The notes: a model not told the origin generated them from the letters alone. Numbered from the stretch's first letter, positions 1 to 10,633 are shown. The stretch: DNA of 64,000 nt from Gemmatimonas sp. (GCA_031414535.1 JANNVQ010000014.1:192001-256000); one strand, 5' to 3'. Numbers and translations: made by a program.

Positions 1-1621
1 CCTTCTTCAACAAGTATTTGAGTTCACCGCCACGGAATTTCAGTCGTGGCAACAGCGTGGCCATGAACTCCACAAGTCGGTGATCAAGCAAGGGAACCCG
101 CGATTCTAATCCAGAGGCCATACTCGCACGATCTTCAACTTGCAGCAGCGCTGGCAAGCCGGCCGTGAGGTCGAAGTGCGTCATCTTGTTGAAGTACGAC
201 TGCGTATCGGGACGATTAAAGCGTTCGGAGAAGCGCTCGAAGGTGCGCTCCGGATCATGAGAGGCGCGCCAATCTGAACCCAGCACGCTAACGGCGCCGC
301 CGAGGCGGTCGAGCAAGCGGAAGTACCGACGATCCATCGGCTCAAACACCCCGCTGCGCCAGAACTGCTGGAGCATCGGCGCGTAGCGCTGCAAGGTCGG
401 GAGGTTCGGGAGAATCGAACGCAGGGATACGATGTGCTCGGCTTCCTCGTTGGTCTCGTAGATGGCGCCCTTGAGCGCTTGCTCGAGATAGGCCACGAGG
501 TAGCGCGTATAGCCGCCAAAGACCTCATCTCCACCTTGGCCACCGAGCGTAACCTTCACGTGGCGCGCCGCATACGCCGAGACGGCAAACTGCGGAATCA
601 CGCCAGGACCAGCGGCCGGCTCATCGAGATGCCACACCAAGCGCGGTAGCAGCGTCGAGATGTCGCCCACGTCGGGCACGATCTCGTGCAAAGCCAATCC
701 ACGCGATTCGGCTACCGCGCGCGCGTACGGCGTCTCGTCAAAGTCCGGTCCCTCACGGAACACGCCAGTGAAGGCATGCATTCCCGCTGCGAGATTCGGT
801 GCGGCCAGGCAGGCGATCATTGAAGAGTCAAGTCCACCGCTGAGATGACTTCCCACGGGCACGTCGCTGCGCAACTGAAGCCGCACGGCGTCCTCAAGCA
901 ATGCACGGAGGCGTTCGACGGCGTCCGCTTCCGTGATCGAGGAGTCCACGTTGTAGCTGGGTGACCAATAGGTCGCGCTTTGCACGCGGCCGTCAGCGAG
1001 CCCAACAAGTTGATACGTGCCGGGCTCTAGCTTGTAGATACCGCGGAACAGGGTGCGATCGCCGAGCACGAACTGATACGTCAGATAGTCTTCGAGCGCC
1101 TCAAGGTCCACCGCGCGTTCGAGGTCGGGAAGCTCCAACAGTGCCTTGATCTCCGAGGCCCACGCGAAGCGCCCGCTAACGCGCGTCCAGTAAAGCGGCT
1201 TGATGCCCAGCCGATCGCGTGCCGCGAAGATGTGCCCGCGCGCGGAATCCACCAAGACGAAAGCGAACATGCCGTTGAGCCGCGACAGCGCATCCGTGCC
1301 CCATTCGCGATACGCCTTGAGGATCACCTCCGTGTCGGAAGCGGTGCGGAACTGGTGCCCGCGACCGCGCAGTTCATCGCGCAGTTCACGATAGTTGTAG
1401 ATTTCGCCGTTGTAGGTGATGGCGAGATCACCGTCGTGCATCGGTTGTGCGCCGGTGGCGACATCGATGATGGCTAAGCGCGCGTGGAAGAGCGCCACCG
1501 CACCGGCCGTGGACACCGCAAGTCCGTCGGGACCGCGATGCTGAATGCGCTCACCTAGCCGCCGCGCGAGTTCTGGTTCCGCCGCACGCCCAGGCGCAAA
1601 GACCGCAACGATGCCGCACAT
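1..1621 (-). CDS. asnB: Asparagine synthase (glutamine-hydrolysing)-family amidotransferase, EPS-associated; 3' end runs off the window
   Basis: Manual translation from ATG at 1621: MCGIVAVF...HRGPDG...HARLAIID...YNGEIYNY...SDTEVIL...LNGMFAF...RDRLGIKPLY...LSGGLDSS. Absent from the ORF track because it has no stop inside the window. Confidence 0.93.
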   Translation of the reverse strand, partial: MCGIVAVFAPGRAAEPELARRLGERIQHRGPDGLAVSTAGAVALFHARLAIIDVATGAQPMHDGDLAITYNGEIYNYRELRDELRGRGHQFRTASDTEVILKAYREWGTDALSRLNGMFAFVLVDSARGHIFAARDRLGIKPLYWTRVSGRFAWASEIKALLELPDLERAVDLEALEDYLTYQFVLGDRTLFRGIYKLEPGTYQLVGLADGRVQSATYWSPSYNVDSSITEADAVERLRALLEDAVRLQLRSDVPVGSHLSGGLDSSMIACLAAPNLAAGMHAFTGVFREGPDFDETPYARAVAESRGLALHEIVPDVGDISTLLPRLVWHLDEPAAGPGVIPQFAVSAYAARHVKVTLGGQGGDEVFGGYTRYLVAYLEQALKGAIYETNEEAEHIVSLRSILPNLPTLQRYAPMLQQFWRSGVFEPMDRRYFRLLDRLGGAVSVLGSDWRASHDPERTFERFSERFNRPDTQSYFNKMTHFDLTAGLPALLQVEDRASMASGLESRVPLLDHRLVEFMATLLPRLKFRGGELKYLLKK

Positions 1622-1623
1622 CG

Positions 1624-2592
1624 CTAGCGTGCGCCGATGACGCGCGTCTTCAACGCCGTCGCGTCGAGTCGCGACGCAAAAGCGCCGAGCGTTTGCACAT
1701 CGAATCCGTCGCGCAGGCGCACCAAGGTCTCGCGCACGAACGCCCGCTTCTGCGCGCCAGGCAAGTCCATTCCGGGAAAGAAGCGCAGGCCTGCGACGTC
1801 GTCGCCGCCGAGGAAGTCCAGTGGATGCAACAAGAGGCTAGGCGGCGTTCCCGTGGCGCGGCAGAGGCTGAGCGCGGTGCGGAAGTACCCGCGCGCGAGC
1901 GCCGGTGAGCGGCGGGCGAGGTAGATGAGATAGCTCGGATGAAACGGTGCGCGAGTCACAGGCATGGTCGTCACCGGAATCTCCAGCAATGCGGCACCGG
2001 ACCGCAACTGCAAGCGATGCGGAGCGAGTGGGCGGAATCCGTCGGCGAAGCGCCCAAATAGCAATCGGCGCGTGTTGCGTGCCTCAGCACTCAGCTTTGC
2101 CGCGCGAAAATAGTACCAGCGAGCGAGTGGGCCGATGAAGGTCGGTAGCGTGGATGCGTCATAGCGGTAGCCGCGAGCCGCGAGCAGCTCGAGCAGGGCC
2201 GGACTCCAACTGTAGCCCGGTCCCCGGAAACCCACCGGCCGGCAACCCGTGGCCGCGATAATGGCCGCCTCGCTACGATCCAACTCCGCACTGAGTTGCT
2301 CCACGCTGTACTCGTGCAACCACGACTCATGCTCGTGCGAGTGATTGCCAATCTCGTGCCCGTCTTCCGCAAGACCACGCAGCAGAGCAGCGTTCTCGGG
2401 CCGCGCGGCATCGGCACCAACCACGAAGACCGTAAGCCGCAGGTCGAGATCACGCAGCGCGGCGCGCACGATAGGGATGAATATCGCGAGATAGCTCGGA
2501 CGAGATTCCCATCGCGGATCGCCTTGGACCTTGAGGTAGGTCCACTCGTCGTCGAGGTCGAGCGACAGCGTGGCCAGCGGGCGGGCGGGCAT
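1624..2592 (-). CDS. Polysaccharide deacetylase (NodB/CE4 family)
   Basis: LSLDLDD, HEIGNHSHEH and GFRGPGY motifs; translationally coupled within the operon. Confidence 0.88.
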   Translation of the reverse strand: MPARPLATLSLDLDDEWTYLKVQGDPRWESRPSYLAIFIPIVRAALRDLDLRLTVFVVGADAARPENAALLRGLAEDGHEIGNHSHEHESWLHEYSVEQLSAELDRSEAAIIAATGCRPVGFRGPGYSWSPALLELLAARGYRYDASTLPTFIGPLARWYYFRAAKLSAEARNTRRLLFGRFADGFRPLAPHRLQLRSGAALLEIPVTTMPVTRAPFHPSYLIYLARRSPALARGYFRTALSLCRATGTPPSLLLHPLDFLGGDDVAGLRFFPGMDLPGAQKRAFVRETLVRLRDGFDVQTLGAFASRLDATALKTRVIGAR

Positions 2593-3920
2593 CAGGCTGA
2601 GGTGGACGCGAGCGCTGCTTCCAATGCAGGCAGGGAGCGCTCGGCCAAGCCAACCGTCTCATTGGCGTTGAGCGTGCCGTTCACAATCTGCGCGGAGTTC
2701 ACGATGTAGAGCCCGGGAATTGACGTCGTCATCGCAGGACAGGCGTCGCGACTGTAGTTGAGCGTGGGCACGGCCTGCACTTCTCGCGCCCTCGACACCG
2801 ACGCATGCTTGATGGCCTCGGGGGGCAGCTTCGGGAAGAGCCGACCAACTCCGCGTTGGAATTCGTCGAGCACCTCAGCGTCGGACTTCGACCACCAGGA
2901 ATCAGACGCCGTACAGTAGCGTGGAACATAGGCCAGCGTGAGGCCACCAAACTCACTGGGCGGCACCAACGCCGTCATCTCCACCACGGTGGTGAATGGA
3001 AATCCCGGTTCTGTGATATTGGTGACGTAGTAGCCCGAGAGCGGGCGATCGAGCAGCAGGCTCGCGCAGATCACACCTTGGTACACCACGCGCCCGAGGC
3101 GCGCGTGCTCGCCTGCTTGCAGGCTCGGGCAGAGCCGCGTCACCACACCACAGGGCACCGTGAGGACCACGGAGTCAAACCGTCGCACGACACCGCCCAC
3201 CTGCAACTCGACCCCCCGCCCATTCTCGCGAACCGCTTCGACCCGCTCCACGCGCTGGCCAACTTCGATCACGCCGCTCGCAGATTCGAACGCGCTTCGC
3301 AGCGCACGAAGCGTCGTCGCGTACCCGCCTGCCAAATAACCGAAGCGCTCACGCTTAAGCCCCGAGCGCCGCGCCGCGTACATCCTCGCGATGATGGCCC
3401 AAATAAATGAAGCGCTTGCGAGCCGCCAATTCTCACCAAGCTTGGCCTCGAGCAGTGGGCGCCAGATTCGTTGGAAGGTTCGTTCACCCGACCAGCGACG
3501 CAGCCAGACATCTACCGGTTCCCGCTCAAGCGGCGCTGCATCGCGGATATTGGCGGCGCGCAGAATGGTCGCCGCGAGCCTTGCTTTGTCCACGAGCCCG
3601 AGCGGTGGGAAACGCAGGAACTCCACCGCGCTCGACATCGAGTGAAATCGACCGTCCGTGTAGAAGCCAGTGCGCGTCGTGCCCCACCGGAGTTCACCGC
3701 GCAGTCCAAGCTCGGCAAGAAGCCCGAGCAGTGCGCGGTCTGACTCCAGTGTCACGTGATAGAACCGGTCCCACGTGAAGCCGCCGAGCTCCTGCGGCGC
3801 CGCCAGTCCACCAAGCTCGGCATTTCCTTCGAGCACCCGCACGCGATGACCACGCTGCGCGAGTCGCAATCCAAGTGTGAGGCCAAGTATGCCTCCGCCG
3901 ACTACGGCGACCTCAGCCAT
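2592..3920 (-). CDS. FAD-dependent oxidoreductase (amine oxidase/protoporphyrinogen oxidase-like)
   Basis: N-terminal VVGGGILG dinucleotide-binding motif, E..LGG, DRFYH. Confidence 0.85.
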   Translation of the reverse strand: MAEVAVVGGGILGLTLGLRLAQRGHRVRVLEGNAELGGLAAPQELGGFTWDRFYHVTLESDRALLGLLAELGLRGELRWGTTRTGFYTDGRFHSMSSAVEFLRFPPLGLVDKARLAATILRAANIRDAAPLEREPVDVWLRRWSGERTFQRIWRPLLEAKLGENWRLASASFIWAIIARMYAARRSGLKRERFGYLAGGYATTLRALRSAFESASGVIEVGQRVERVEAVRENGRGVELQVGGVVRRFDSVVLTVPCGVVTRLCPSLQAGEHARLGRVVYQGVICASLLLDRPLSGYYVTNITEPGFPFTTVVEMTALVPPSEFGGLTLAYVPRYCTASDSWWSKSDAEVLDEFQRGVGRLFPKLPPEAIKHASVSRAREVQAVPTLNYSRDACPAMTTSIPGLYIVNSAQIVNGTLNANETVGLAERSLPALEAALASTSA

Positions 3921-5644
3921 CAGTTGCGCACGCGTGGGGCAAGACCCACCGAGCCCCAGACCCGCCCCAGCAACAAGCGCGCAATCATCACAAGATGACC
4001 GCCGATAATGCGAAGAATGCGGAGCTTCGAGCGACCAAGCATTCGCACTTCAAGCGTCGTCGGGAACTCAACAATGCGGTGCCCCGCCAAGTCGAGACGG
4101 CATAGCATCTCCGTCACACCCAAGAATCCCGTACGGTCGAGAGTCATCCCAGCCATTGCCTCGCGGCGGTATACACGGAAGCAACTGGTGTAGGTCGCGA
4201 GTTGGTTGCGCAGCACCAAGCGATACAGACGCGAAAGATTCCTGGAGAGCGCGAGCCGCCAAGTGGGGACGTTCCGCACCGCGCCACGCGGATGGTAGGG
4301 CGATGCCGTGACCAGCGCGACACCCGACGTCAGCAGCGGAATCATTTCGGCGAGGCGATGCGGATCGTAAGTACAGTCGCAGTCAATCGAGCAGATGACG
4401 TCCGTCCCCGCCTCCGCGATGCCCCGCAGAATGGCACCCGCTGGACCCTCATTCGCTCGCAGCCGTAGAATCCTGCAGTTGGCGTGCGTTCCAAAGAGCC
4501 TTTCGAGAGACGCCGCCGTGCCGTCCGTGCTACAATCATCCACGAAGATGAAGCGCAGATCGTAGGACCGACTGAGTTCAGCCTCCACGGAGCGCAGCGT
4601 GTTTGCCAGGTAGGGGAGAATCAACTCCTCGTTATAACAAGGCACCACCACCGTAACGGCCTGCTGCGTCGTAGGCTCTCGCGAACTCTCGCTCACAGCA
4701 GGAGCGGCCAACGCCGCCGCTAGAGAAGCATCGCTCGCACGCGGCGAGACGAGTTGTGCCGTTTCGCCGCGATCTAGCCCGAGATAATCACTGATCGAGG
4801 TGAATGGAACCTCGCGAAGGAACCACCCCAGCCGCTCGGGCATCATTTCGAGATTGCGATAATGACGCAAGCGCTGCGCTGCCCGCGCCGCGCTGATGCG
4901 CGGTTGGTCGGCATCCAACTCCCACGTGTGGAAGTAGAGCACTAGGGGAGCACTTTCACCCGCTAGCCACTGCCGTGCGCCGAGACGCACGAGCCACTGC
5001 GGAAGTTGCCTGAGGTAGTTGCCACCGAGCGGCACGTTCCGCCCCAACACACGCATGCTCGCGACCGGAAACTCCCAAATGCTCCCGTCGCCCACCCGAT
5101 GCCGATGCGAGACGCCGCGCCAATGATGCTCGGAGTTCTGACCAAGTCGCGGGGCGAAACTCGAGTCATAGCGGTAGCCCTGTGCCGTCAGGACGTCGAG
5201 CGCCCAAAGGTCGGCCTCTTGAAGCCACTCACCTGCCACCCGATACCCATGCACGCGTCGGCCGGAGGCTCGCTCAATGGCATCGCGTGCGCGCAGGAGA
5301 TCGTCCGCAAACTCCCCGGGCGTCATCCCGCCGATGTTGCGGTGGTAGTACCCCTTACTCGCCACCTCGTGGCCGCGGTCCGCTACCTCACGCACCAGCT
5401 CGGGCACCTGCTCCGCCACCCAGCCGAGCACGAAGAAGGTGGCGCGCACTTTGTGTTCGTCGAGCAGGTCAAGCGTCCGGCGAGTGCCATGCTCCACCCG
5501 CGACTCAAAGCGATACCACTCACCCCGCTGCACCAGTTGGTTGAAGGCCCCAACCTGGAAGTAGTCCTCCATCGCAACTGTGAGCAGGTGCTGCCCCGAG
5601 GTTATGCTCTGGGGAGCGCCTTGTGCATTCGGTGATTGAGGCAA
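3920..5644 (-). CDS. XrtA-system polysaccharide deacetylase fused to a GT2 glycosyltransferase
   Basis: N-half TVAMEDYFQV, ATFFVLGWVAE, YFHTWELDADQP; C-half VVVPCYNEE, FVDDCSTD, IDCD. Start (TTG) uncertain. Confidence 0.85.
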   Translation of the reverse strand: MPQSPNAQGAPQSITSGQHLLTVAMEDYFQVGAFNQLVQRGEWYRFESRVEHGTRRTLDLLDEHKVRATFFVLGWVAEQVPELVREVADRGHEVASKGYYHRNIGGMTPGEFADDLLRARDAIERASGRRVHGYRVAGEWLQEADLWALDVLTAQGYRYDSSFAPRLGQNSEHHWRGVSHRHRVGDGSIWEFPVASMRVLGRNVPLGGNYLRQLPQWLVRLGARQWLAGESAPLVLYFHTWELDADQPRISAARAAQRLRHYRNLEMMPERLGWFLREVPFTSISDYLGLDRGETAQLVSPRASDASLAAALAAPAVSESSREPTTQQAVTVVVPCYNEELILPYLANTLRSVEAELSRSYDLRFIFVDDCSTDGTAASLERLFGTHANCRILRLRANEGPAGAILRGIAEAGTDVICSIDCDCTYDPHRLAEMIPLLTSGVALVTASPYHPRGAVRNVPTWRLALSRNLSRLYRLVLRNQLATYTSCFRVYRREAMAGMTLDRTGFLGVTEMLCRLDLAGHRIVEFPTTLEVRMLGRSKLRILRIIGGHLVMIARLLLGRVWGSVGLAPRVRN

Positions 5645-5759
5645 TGCCGGTGAAGCGATTTGTGGGTCCGACTAGAGGAGGATGCGCAATATCTCAATGA
5701 TTGCGCCTCGCGCAACCGAGTGGGCCATCGCGCCGGAGATGCCCCAACCTGCTTCCATC

Positions 5760-5940
5760 TGTTGCACATACGCCACACTTTCCGCAGATTCGCTTCGTGG
5801 CCTCTACACTCATGCTCCGTGATGAGCATTGAGGCGGCCGACAAGCAGGCACGGCTCTGGCGTAATGCGTTGTCCTGTTTAAACTTACACTGCCTTCCGA
5901 TTCGGTCCAAAACGCTTCGGATTGCGGCCCTACTCCTGCT
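5760..5940 (+). promoter_or_regulatory. Putative sigma54-dependent promoter of the NRPS-PKS operon (enhancer box, IHF-like site, -24/-12)
   Basis: TGTTGC-ACATAC-GCCACA at 5760-5777; TAA-TGCG-TTG at 5863; CGGCCCTACTCCTGCT with GG-N10-GC at 5926-5939. Confidence 0.5.
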
Positions 5941-5995
5941 GTAGTTCACTGCGTTAGTGGACCGCCGTCAAGATTTCGACTTCCCGAGTTGCGTA

Positions 5996-8900
5996 ATGCC
6001 GAACCGCCCCTTCTCCTGCTTCTTGATTGGCACCGAGTCTCTGCTGATTGGCTGCGCCGAAACCCTGCGCGAAACCGGCCAGCAGATTCTCGGCGTCATC
6101 ACAGACGAGCCATCAATCGTCGCATGGTGCAATGAGCGCGGCCTTCGCGTGATTCCCAGCGCGGATGACTACACGGCAATCTTAGCCGAGCAGCCCTTCG
6201 ACTTCCTGCTATCCATCACCAATCTCACAATCATCCCCGCCGGAGCACTGAAGTTGCCGCGGCGTGGGGCGGTGAACTTCCACGACGGCCCACTGCCCCG
6301 TTTTGGTGGCTTGTACGCACCGGCGTGGGCACTGATGGCGGGCGAAGCCGAGTACGGCATCACTTGGCACCAGTTGACGGGGGCCGTGGACGAGGGCGAC
6401 ATCGTCTTGCAGCGTCGCTTTGCAATCAGCGACGGCGAGACTTCGCTCAGCTTGAACACCAAGTGCTTTGAAGCGGGGCTCGAGTCGTTCCCGGAGCTGG
6501 TAGAAATTCTCTCCGGCACCGGCACACCGCCCCTGAAGCACGCGCTCGACAGGTCCACCTATCACGGTCTCTCGGATCGCCCGCGTGCGCTTGCCTCGCT
6601 CGACTGGTCGCGCCCTGCGGAGGAACTCGCCTCGCTGGTGCGGGCGCTCGACTTCGGCACGTATACCAATCCACTCGGCATCGCACGGATCCTCGGCAGC
6701 AAAGCCTGCGTGATCGTGGGCCGGCTTGAGGCTCTCGACAACGCAGTAGACTCCGCCCCCGGAACGGTACTCGCGGCAGAAGGCGACTCGCTCCGCGTTG
6801 CAGCAATGGGCGGCGTGTTGGTGCTCACGCGCTTGCTGAGCGCTGACGGCGCCCCGCTCTCGGCACGGGACGCACTCGGCGCACTGGGCGTAGCAGTTGG
6901 CAGCACGCTCCCATCGCCGGATGCTACGCTCGCGGATGCCTTGGATAGCTGGGCGGGAAAGTACGCTCGCTTCGAAGGCGCGTGGGCTTCGCGTCTCGCG
7001 GCGGTTGATCCCGTCGAGCTGCCCTTTGCCGAACGGGCGAGCGACCGGAGCGCACGCCGCGAGCGCGTACCGGTGGGCCGCACTGAGCAGCGCGAACGCG
7101 CGGCCGCGACATTCGCCGCGCTGACCGCTCGTTTGGCAGGCCGCGCGCGTTTTGACCTCGCGTTCCGCGAGTCAGGCAGTGTCGGCGCTGATGCCGCACT
7201 CGGGGCCGTGATTTCTGCGGCCGTTCCGCTGCGCATCTCGCTCCCAGAGCAGGGCTCGCTCGCCGATGCGCGTGCTTCGGTTGACGCATCGCTCGCGTGG
7301 GTACGGAAGCGGGGTGGCTTCTCGCGCGACATCGCCGCGCGCCGCCCGGCGCTCCGCGCCTCGCTTGGCCGCCCCTTCACCCTCGCCGTCGGCATTGAAC
7401 TCGTCGAGACCCTCAGCGATGCCGCGATGATTGGCAGCGACCTCACACTGGTTTTGGCACGCGACGGAAGCGCGGCATTCGACTTCGATGCCGCGGTGCT
7501 CGACCCCGCTCGCGTGAACGCGATGGTGGCGCAATGGCAGGCCCTGCTTGGTGCCACCGACGAGACGCGCTGGCTGGAAATCTCGCTGATGTCTGCCGAG
7601 GAGCGCACTCGTTTGCTCGAAACCTGGGGCACGGCACCCCGCGAGCTACGGCAGGGCCAAACAATTCACGAGATGATTGCCGCGCAGGCAGCGCGCACGC
7701 CCGAAGCCGTGGCGGTAGCGTTTGAAGACCGGCAGATGACGTATCGCGAACTCGATGTCGCGGCCAATCGGCTCGCGCACAAGTTGCGTAGCCTTGGCGC
7801 CGGCGCCGACACGCTAGTGGCGCTTTGCTGCGAACGCTCCTTGGATATGCTCGTCGGCATGCTCGGCGTCCTCAAGTCGGGCGCCGCGTATGTGCCTATC
7901 GACGCGGCCTACCCTGGCGATCGCATCGAATACATGCTCGAGGATTCGCAGGCCAAGATCCTCGTGACGCAAGAAGCGGTGCTCGGCGAACTGCCCGACA
8001 CGCGCGCCGACATCGTCTGTCTTGATCGCGATGCGGCGGCGCTCGCCAAGGAGCCCGAGACGCTCCCCGTCGAGGGCGCCACGAGCGCCAACCTCGCGTA
8101 CTGCATCTATACCTCGGGCTCCACCGGCCGCCCCAAGGGCGTGATGGTAGAGCACCGCAACGTTGTGAACTTCTTTGGCGCGATGGACGAGCGCCTTGGC
8201 ACGGAGCCCGGCGTGTGGCTTGCGGTCACGAGCCTGTCCTTTGACATCTCGGTGCTCGAGCTGCTGTGGTCGCTCACGCGCGGCTACAAGGTCGTGGTGT
8301 ACGCTGACGAGAATCGCGCCGCTGGTGCAACGGCCGGACTCGCCAACGCCCACAAGGCCGTCGGCTTCTCGCTCTTCTACTTCTCGGCGGACGAGAACGC
8401 CAACGCCGGTGATCGCTACCGCGTGTTGATGGAGGGTGCGCGCTTCGGCGACAAGCACGGGTTCACGGCAGTGTGGACACCCGAGCGCCACTTCCACGCA
8501 TTTGGCGGCTTGTATCCTAATCCGGCTGTGACTGGTGCGGCCGTCGCCGCCGTGACCTCGAGGATCGGCGTGCGTGCTGGCAGTTGCGTCCTGCCGCTGC
8601 ATCATCCGGTACGCGTCGTCGAAGAGTGGTCGGTGGTGGACAATCTCTCCAACGGCCGCGTCGGCATCTCCTTCGCCGCCGGTTGGCAGCCCAATGATTT
8701 TATCTTCCAACCGCAGAACTATGCGGACGCGAAGAACAAGACGATTGAGATGATCGAGACTGTACGCCAGCTGTGGCGTGGCGAGACGCTCTCGTTCCCG
8801 GGCCCGCGCGGCGACGTGCCGGTGCGCACGCTGCCACGCCCGGTGCAGAGTGAGTTGCCGATCTGGTATACCACGGCCGGCAATCCTGAGTCCTACGAGC

Positions 8901-10633
8901 TCGCGGGAACGCTGGGCGTGAACGTGCTCACGCATCTGCTCGGGCAGAGCGTGGACGAACTCGCCGACAAGATCACGCTCTACCGCAAGGCGTGGAAGGC
9001 CGCTGGCCACAAGGGCCAAGGGCAAATCTCCTTGATGTTACACACCTTCGTCGGCGACAGCGATGCCGAAGTGAAGGAAGTGGTGCGTGCACCGATGAAG
9101 GCCTACCTCGGCACCTCCATCTCGCTCATCAAGGGGTTCGCCTCGGCGTTCCCGACATTCAAGAAGAGCAAGGACGGCAAGGCTCCAGAACTCGATTTCG
9201 CCAGCCTCACGCCCGACGAGATGGACGCGCTGCTCGAGTACTCGTTCGAACGCTACTACGAGACCAGCGGACTGTTTGGCACCGTTGAGACCTGCGCCAA
9301 GATCGTGGACCGCCTGAAGGGCATCGGCGTGGACGACATCGCCGCCTTGATCGACTTCGGCGTGGACACGGATCTCGTGCTGCGCCATCTGCGGCAGTTG
9401 AACCGCCTGCGCGCGCAGACCAGCCGTCCGCGTGCGGCCTTTGCCGACTACTCCGTGGCGGCGCTCATCGCGCGGCACCGGGTGACGCACCTGCAGTGCA
9501 CGCCTTCAATGGCCGCGATGTTGGTTGCCGAGGACCGCAGCCGCGACGCGCTCCGCAACCTGCGCACGATGTGCGTGGGTGGCGAGGCATTCCCGCCCTC
9601 GCTTGCTGCCGATCTGCAGCGTCTCATTCCTGGCGACGTGCACAATATGTACGGCCCCACGGAGACGACGATTTGGTCGTCGATGTTCACGCTGGGCGGC
9701 AAGCTCGACGCCGTTCCGCTGGGGACGCCGCTGGCCAACAACGAACTCTACGTACTCGACGCCTTCCGCCAGCCAGTGCCGCCAGGCGTCGCCGGCGAGC
9801 TCTACATCGGCGGCGCGCAGGTGGTGCGCGGCTACTGGCGTCGTGCCGAACTGACGGCCGAGCGCTTTACGGCGCATCCGTTCAAGCGCGACCCAGCGGC
9901 GCGCGTCTATCGCACGGGCGATCTTGTGCGCTGGCGTGAGGACGGGCGTTTGGAATTCCTCGGGCGCGTGGACTTCCAAGTGAAGGTCCGCGGCTATCGC
10001 ATCGAACTCGGCGAGATCGAAGCCGCGCTGGCGTCGCATCCCGCCGTGCGCGAGGCCGTGGTGGTGGCGCGCAAGGACGCCGATGACGCCGACCCGCGAC
10101 TTGTTGGCTACGTGACGTGGAAGCGGGAGGCACCCGCCGACTTTGTCACGGTGCTGCGTGAGCATCTCCGCGTGGGACTGCCGGAGTTCATGATCCCCAG
10201 CCATCTGATTGCCCTGCGCGACCTCCCGCGCACACCCAATCAGAAGGTGGATCGCAAGGCGCTACCCTCGCCGGCACAGGTGGTGGAGGCGGCACCGCGG
10301 AACGAGCCGGCCATCGCACCGGCTGGCGAGTTGGAGACGGTCATCGCCGGCATTTGGCAGGAAGTGCTCAAGCTTCCCGCTGTCGGTGTCGCCGATAATT
10401 TCTTTGACCTCGGCGGCCACTCGCTGCTCGCGGTCCAGGTACACTCGCGGCTGAAGAAGGCCCTGCAGCGCGATCTCGCCATCACGGACCTCTTCCGCTT
10501 TCCCACGGTGCGTGGACTGTCGGAGTTCCTCGGCGGCGGTGGCCAAGACGACACGGCAGTAAAGAGCGGGATGGACCGCGCTGCGCAGCGGCGAGAGATG
10601 GCGGCGCGCCGGACGCGCCGCCCAACCAAGTAA
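5996..10633 (+). CDS. NRPS: formyltransferase - degenerate C-like region - A domain interrupted by a luciferase-like monooxygenase (MupA/Atu3671-type) - PCP
   Basis: NFHDGPLP (formyltransferase); YTSGSTGRPKG, FDISV; LLM WTPERHFH; NMYGPTE, YRTGDL, GYRIELGEIE, NQKVDR; PCP LGGHSLL. ATG at 5996 preferred over GTG at 5957. Confidence 0.93.
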   Translation: MPNRPFSCFLIGTESLLIGCAETLRETGQQILGVITDEPSIVAWCNERGLRVIPSADDYTAILAEQPFDFLLSITNLTIIPAGALKLPRRGAVNFHDGPLPRFGGLYAPAWALMAGEAEYGITWHQLTGAVDEGDIVLQRRFAISDGETSLSLNTKCFEAGLESFPELVEILSGTGTPPLKHALDRSTYHGLSDRPRALASLDWSRPAEELASLVRALDFGTYTNPLGIARILGSKACVIVGRLEALDNAVDSAPGTVLAAEGDSLRVAAMGGVLVLTRLLSADGAPLSARDALGALGVAVGSTLPSPDATLADALDSWAGKYARFEGAWASRLAAVDPVELPFAERASDRSARRERVPVGRTEQRERAAATFAALTARLAGRARFDLAFRESGSVGADAALGAVISAAVPLRISLPEQGSLADARASVDASLAWVRKRGGFSRDIAARRPALRASLGRPFTLAVGIELVETLSDAAMIGSDLTLVLARDGSAAFDFDAAVLDPARVNAMVAQWQALLGATDETRWLEISLMSAEERTRLLETWGTAPRELRQGQTIHEMIAAQAARTPEAVAVAFEDRQMTYRELDVAANRLAHKLRSLGAGADTLVALCCERSLDMLVGMLGVLKSGAAYVPIDAAYPGDRIEYMLEDSQAKILVTQEAVLGELPDTRADIVCLDRDAAALAKEPETLPVEGATSANLAYCIYTSGSTGRPKGVMVEHRNVVNFFGAMDERLGTEPGVWLAVTSLSFDISVLELLWSLTRGYKVVVYADENRAAGATAGLANAHKAVGFSLFYFSADENANAGDRYRVLMEGARFGDKHGFTAVWTPERHFHAFGGLYPNPAVTGAAVAAVTSRIGVRAGSCVLPLHHPVRVVEEWSVVDNLSNGRVGISFAAGWQPNDFIFQPQNYADAKNKTIEMIETVRQLWRGETLSFPGPRGDVPVRTLPRPVQSELPIWYTTAGNPESYELAGTLGVNVLTHLLGQSVDELADKITLYRKAWKAAGHKGQGQISLMLHTFVGDSDAEVKEVVRAPMKAYLGTSISLIKGFASAFPTFKKSKDGKAPELDFASLTPDEMDALLEYSFERYYETSGLFGTVETCAKIVDRLKGIGVDDIAALIDFGVDTDLVLRHLRQLNRLRAQTSRPRAAFADYSVAALIARHRVTHLQCTPSMAAMLVAEDRSRDALRNLRTMCVGGEAFPPSLAADLQRLIPGDVHNMYGPTETTIWSSMFTLGGKLDAVPLGTPLANNELYVLDAFRQPVPPGVAGELYIGGAQVVRGYWRRAELTAERFTAHPFKRDPAARVYRTGDLVRWREDGRLEFLGRVDFQVKVRGYRIELGEIEAALASHPAVREAVVVARKDADDADPRLVGYVTWKREAPADFVTVLREHLRVGLPEFMIPSHLIALRDLPRTPNQKVDRKALPSPAQVVEAAPRNEPAIAPAGELETVIAGIWQEVLKLPAVGVADNFFDLGGHSLLAVQVHSRLKKALQRDLAITDLFRFPTVRGLSEFLGGGGQDDTAVKSGMDRAAQRREMAARRTRRPTK

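Noticed and set aside
1..1621. AsnB as a second lasso cyclase
   Set aside because: It has the MCG N-terminal glutaminase Cys and lies in a glycan operon; the lasso cyclase is the Cys-less gene next to B1/B2.
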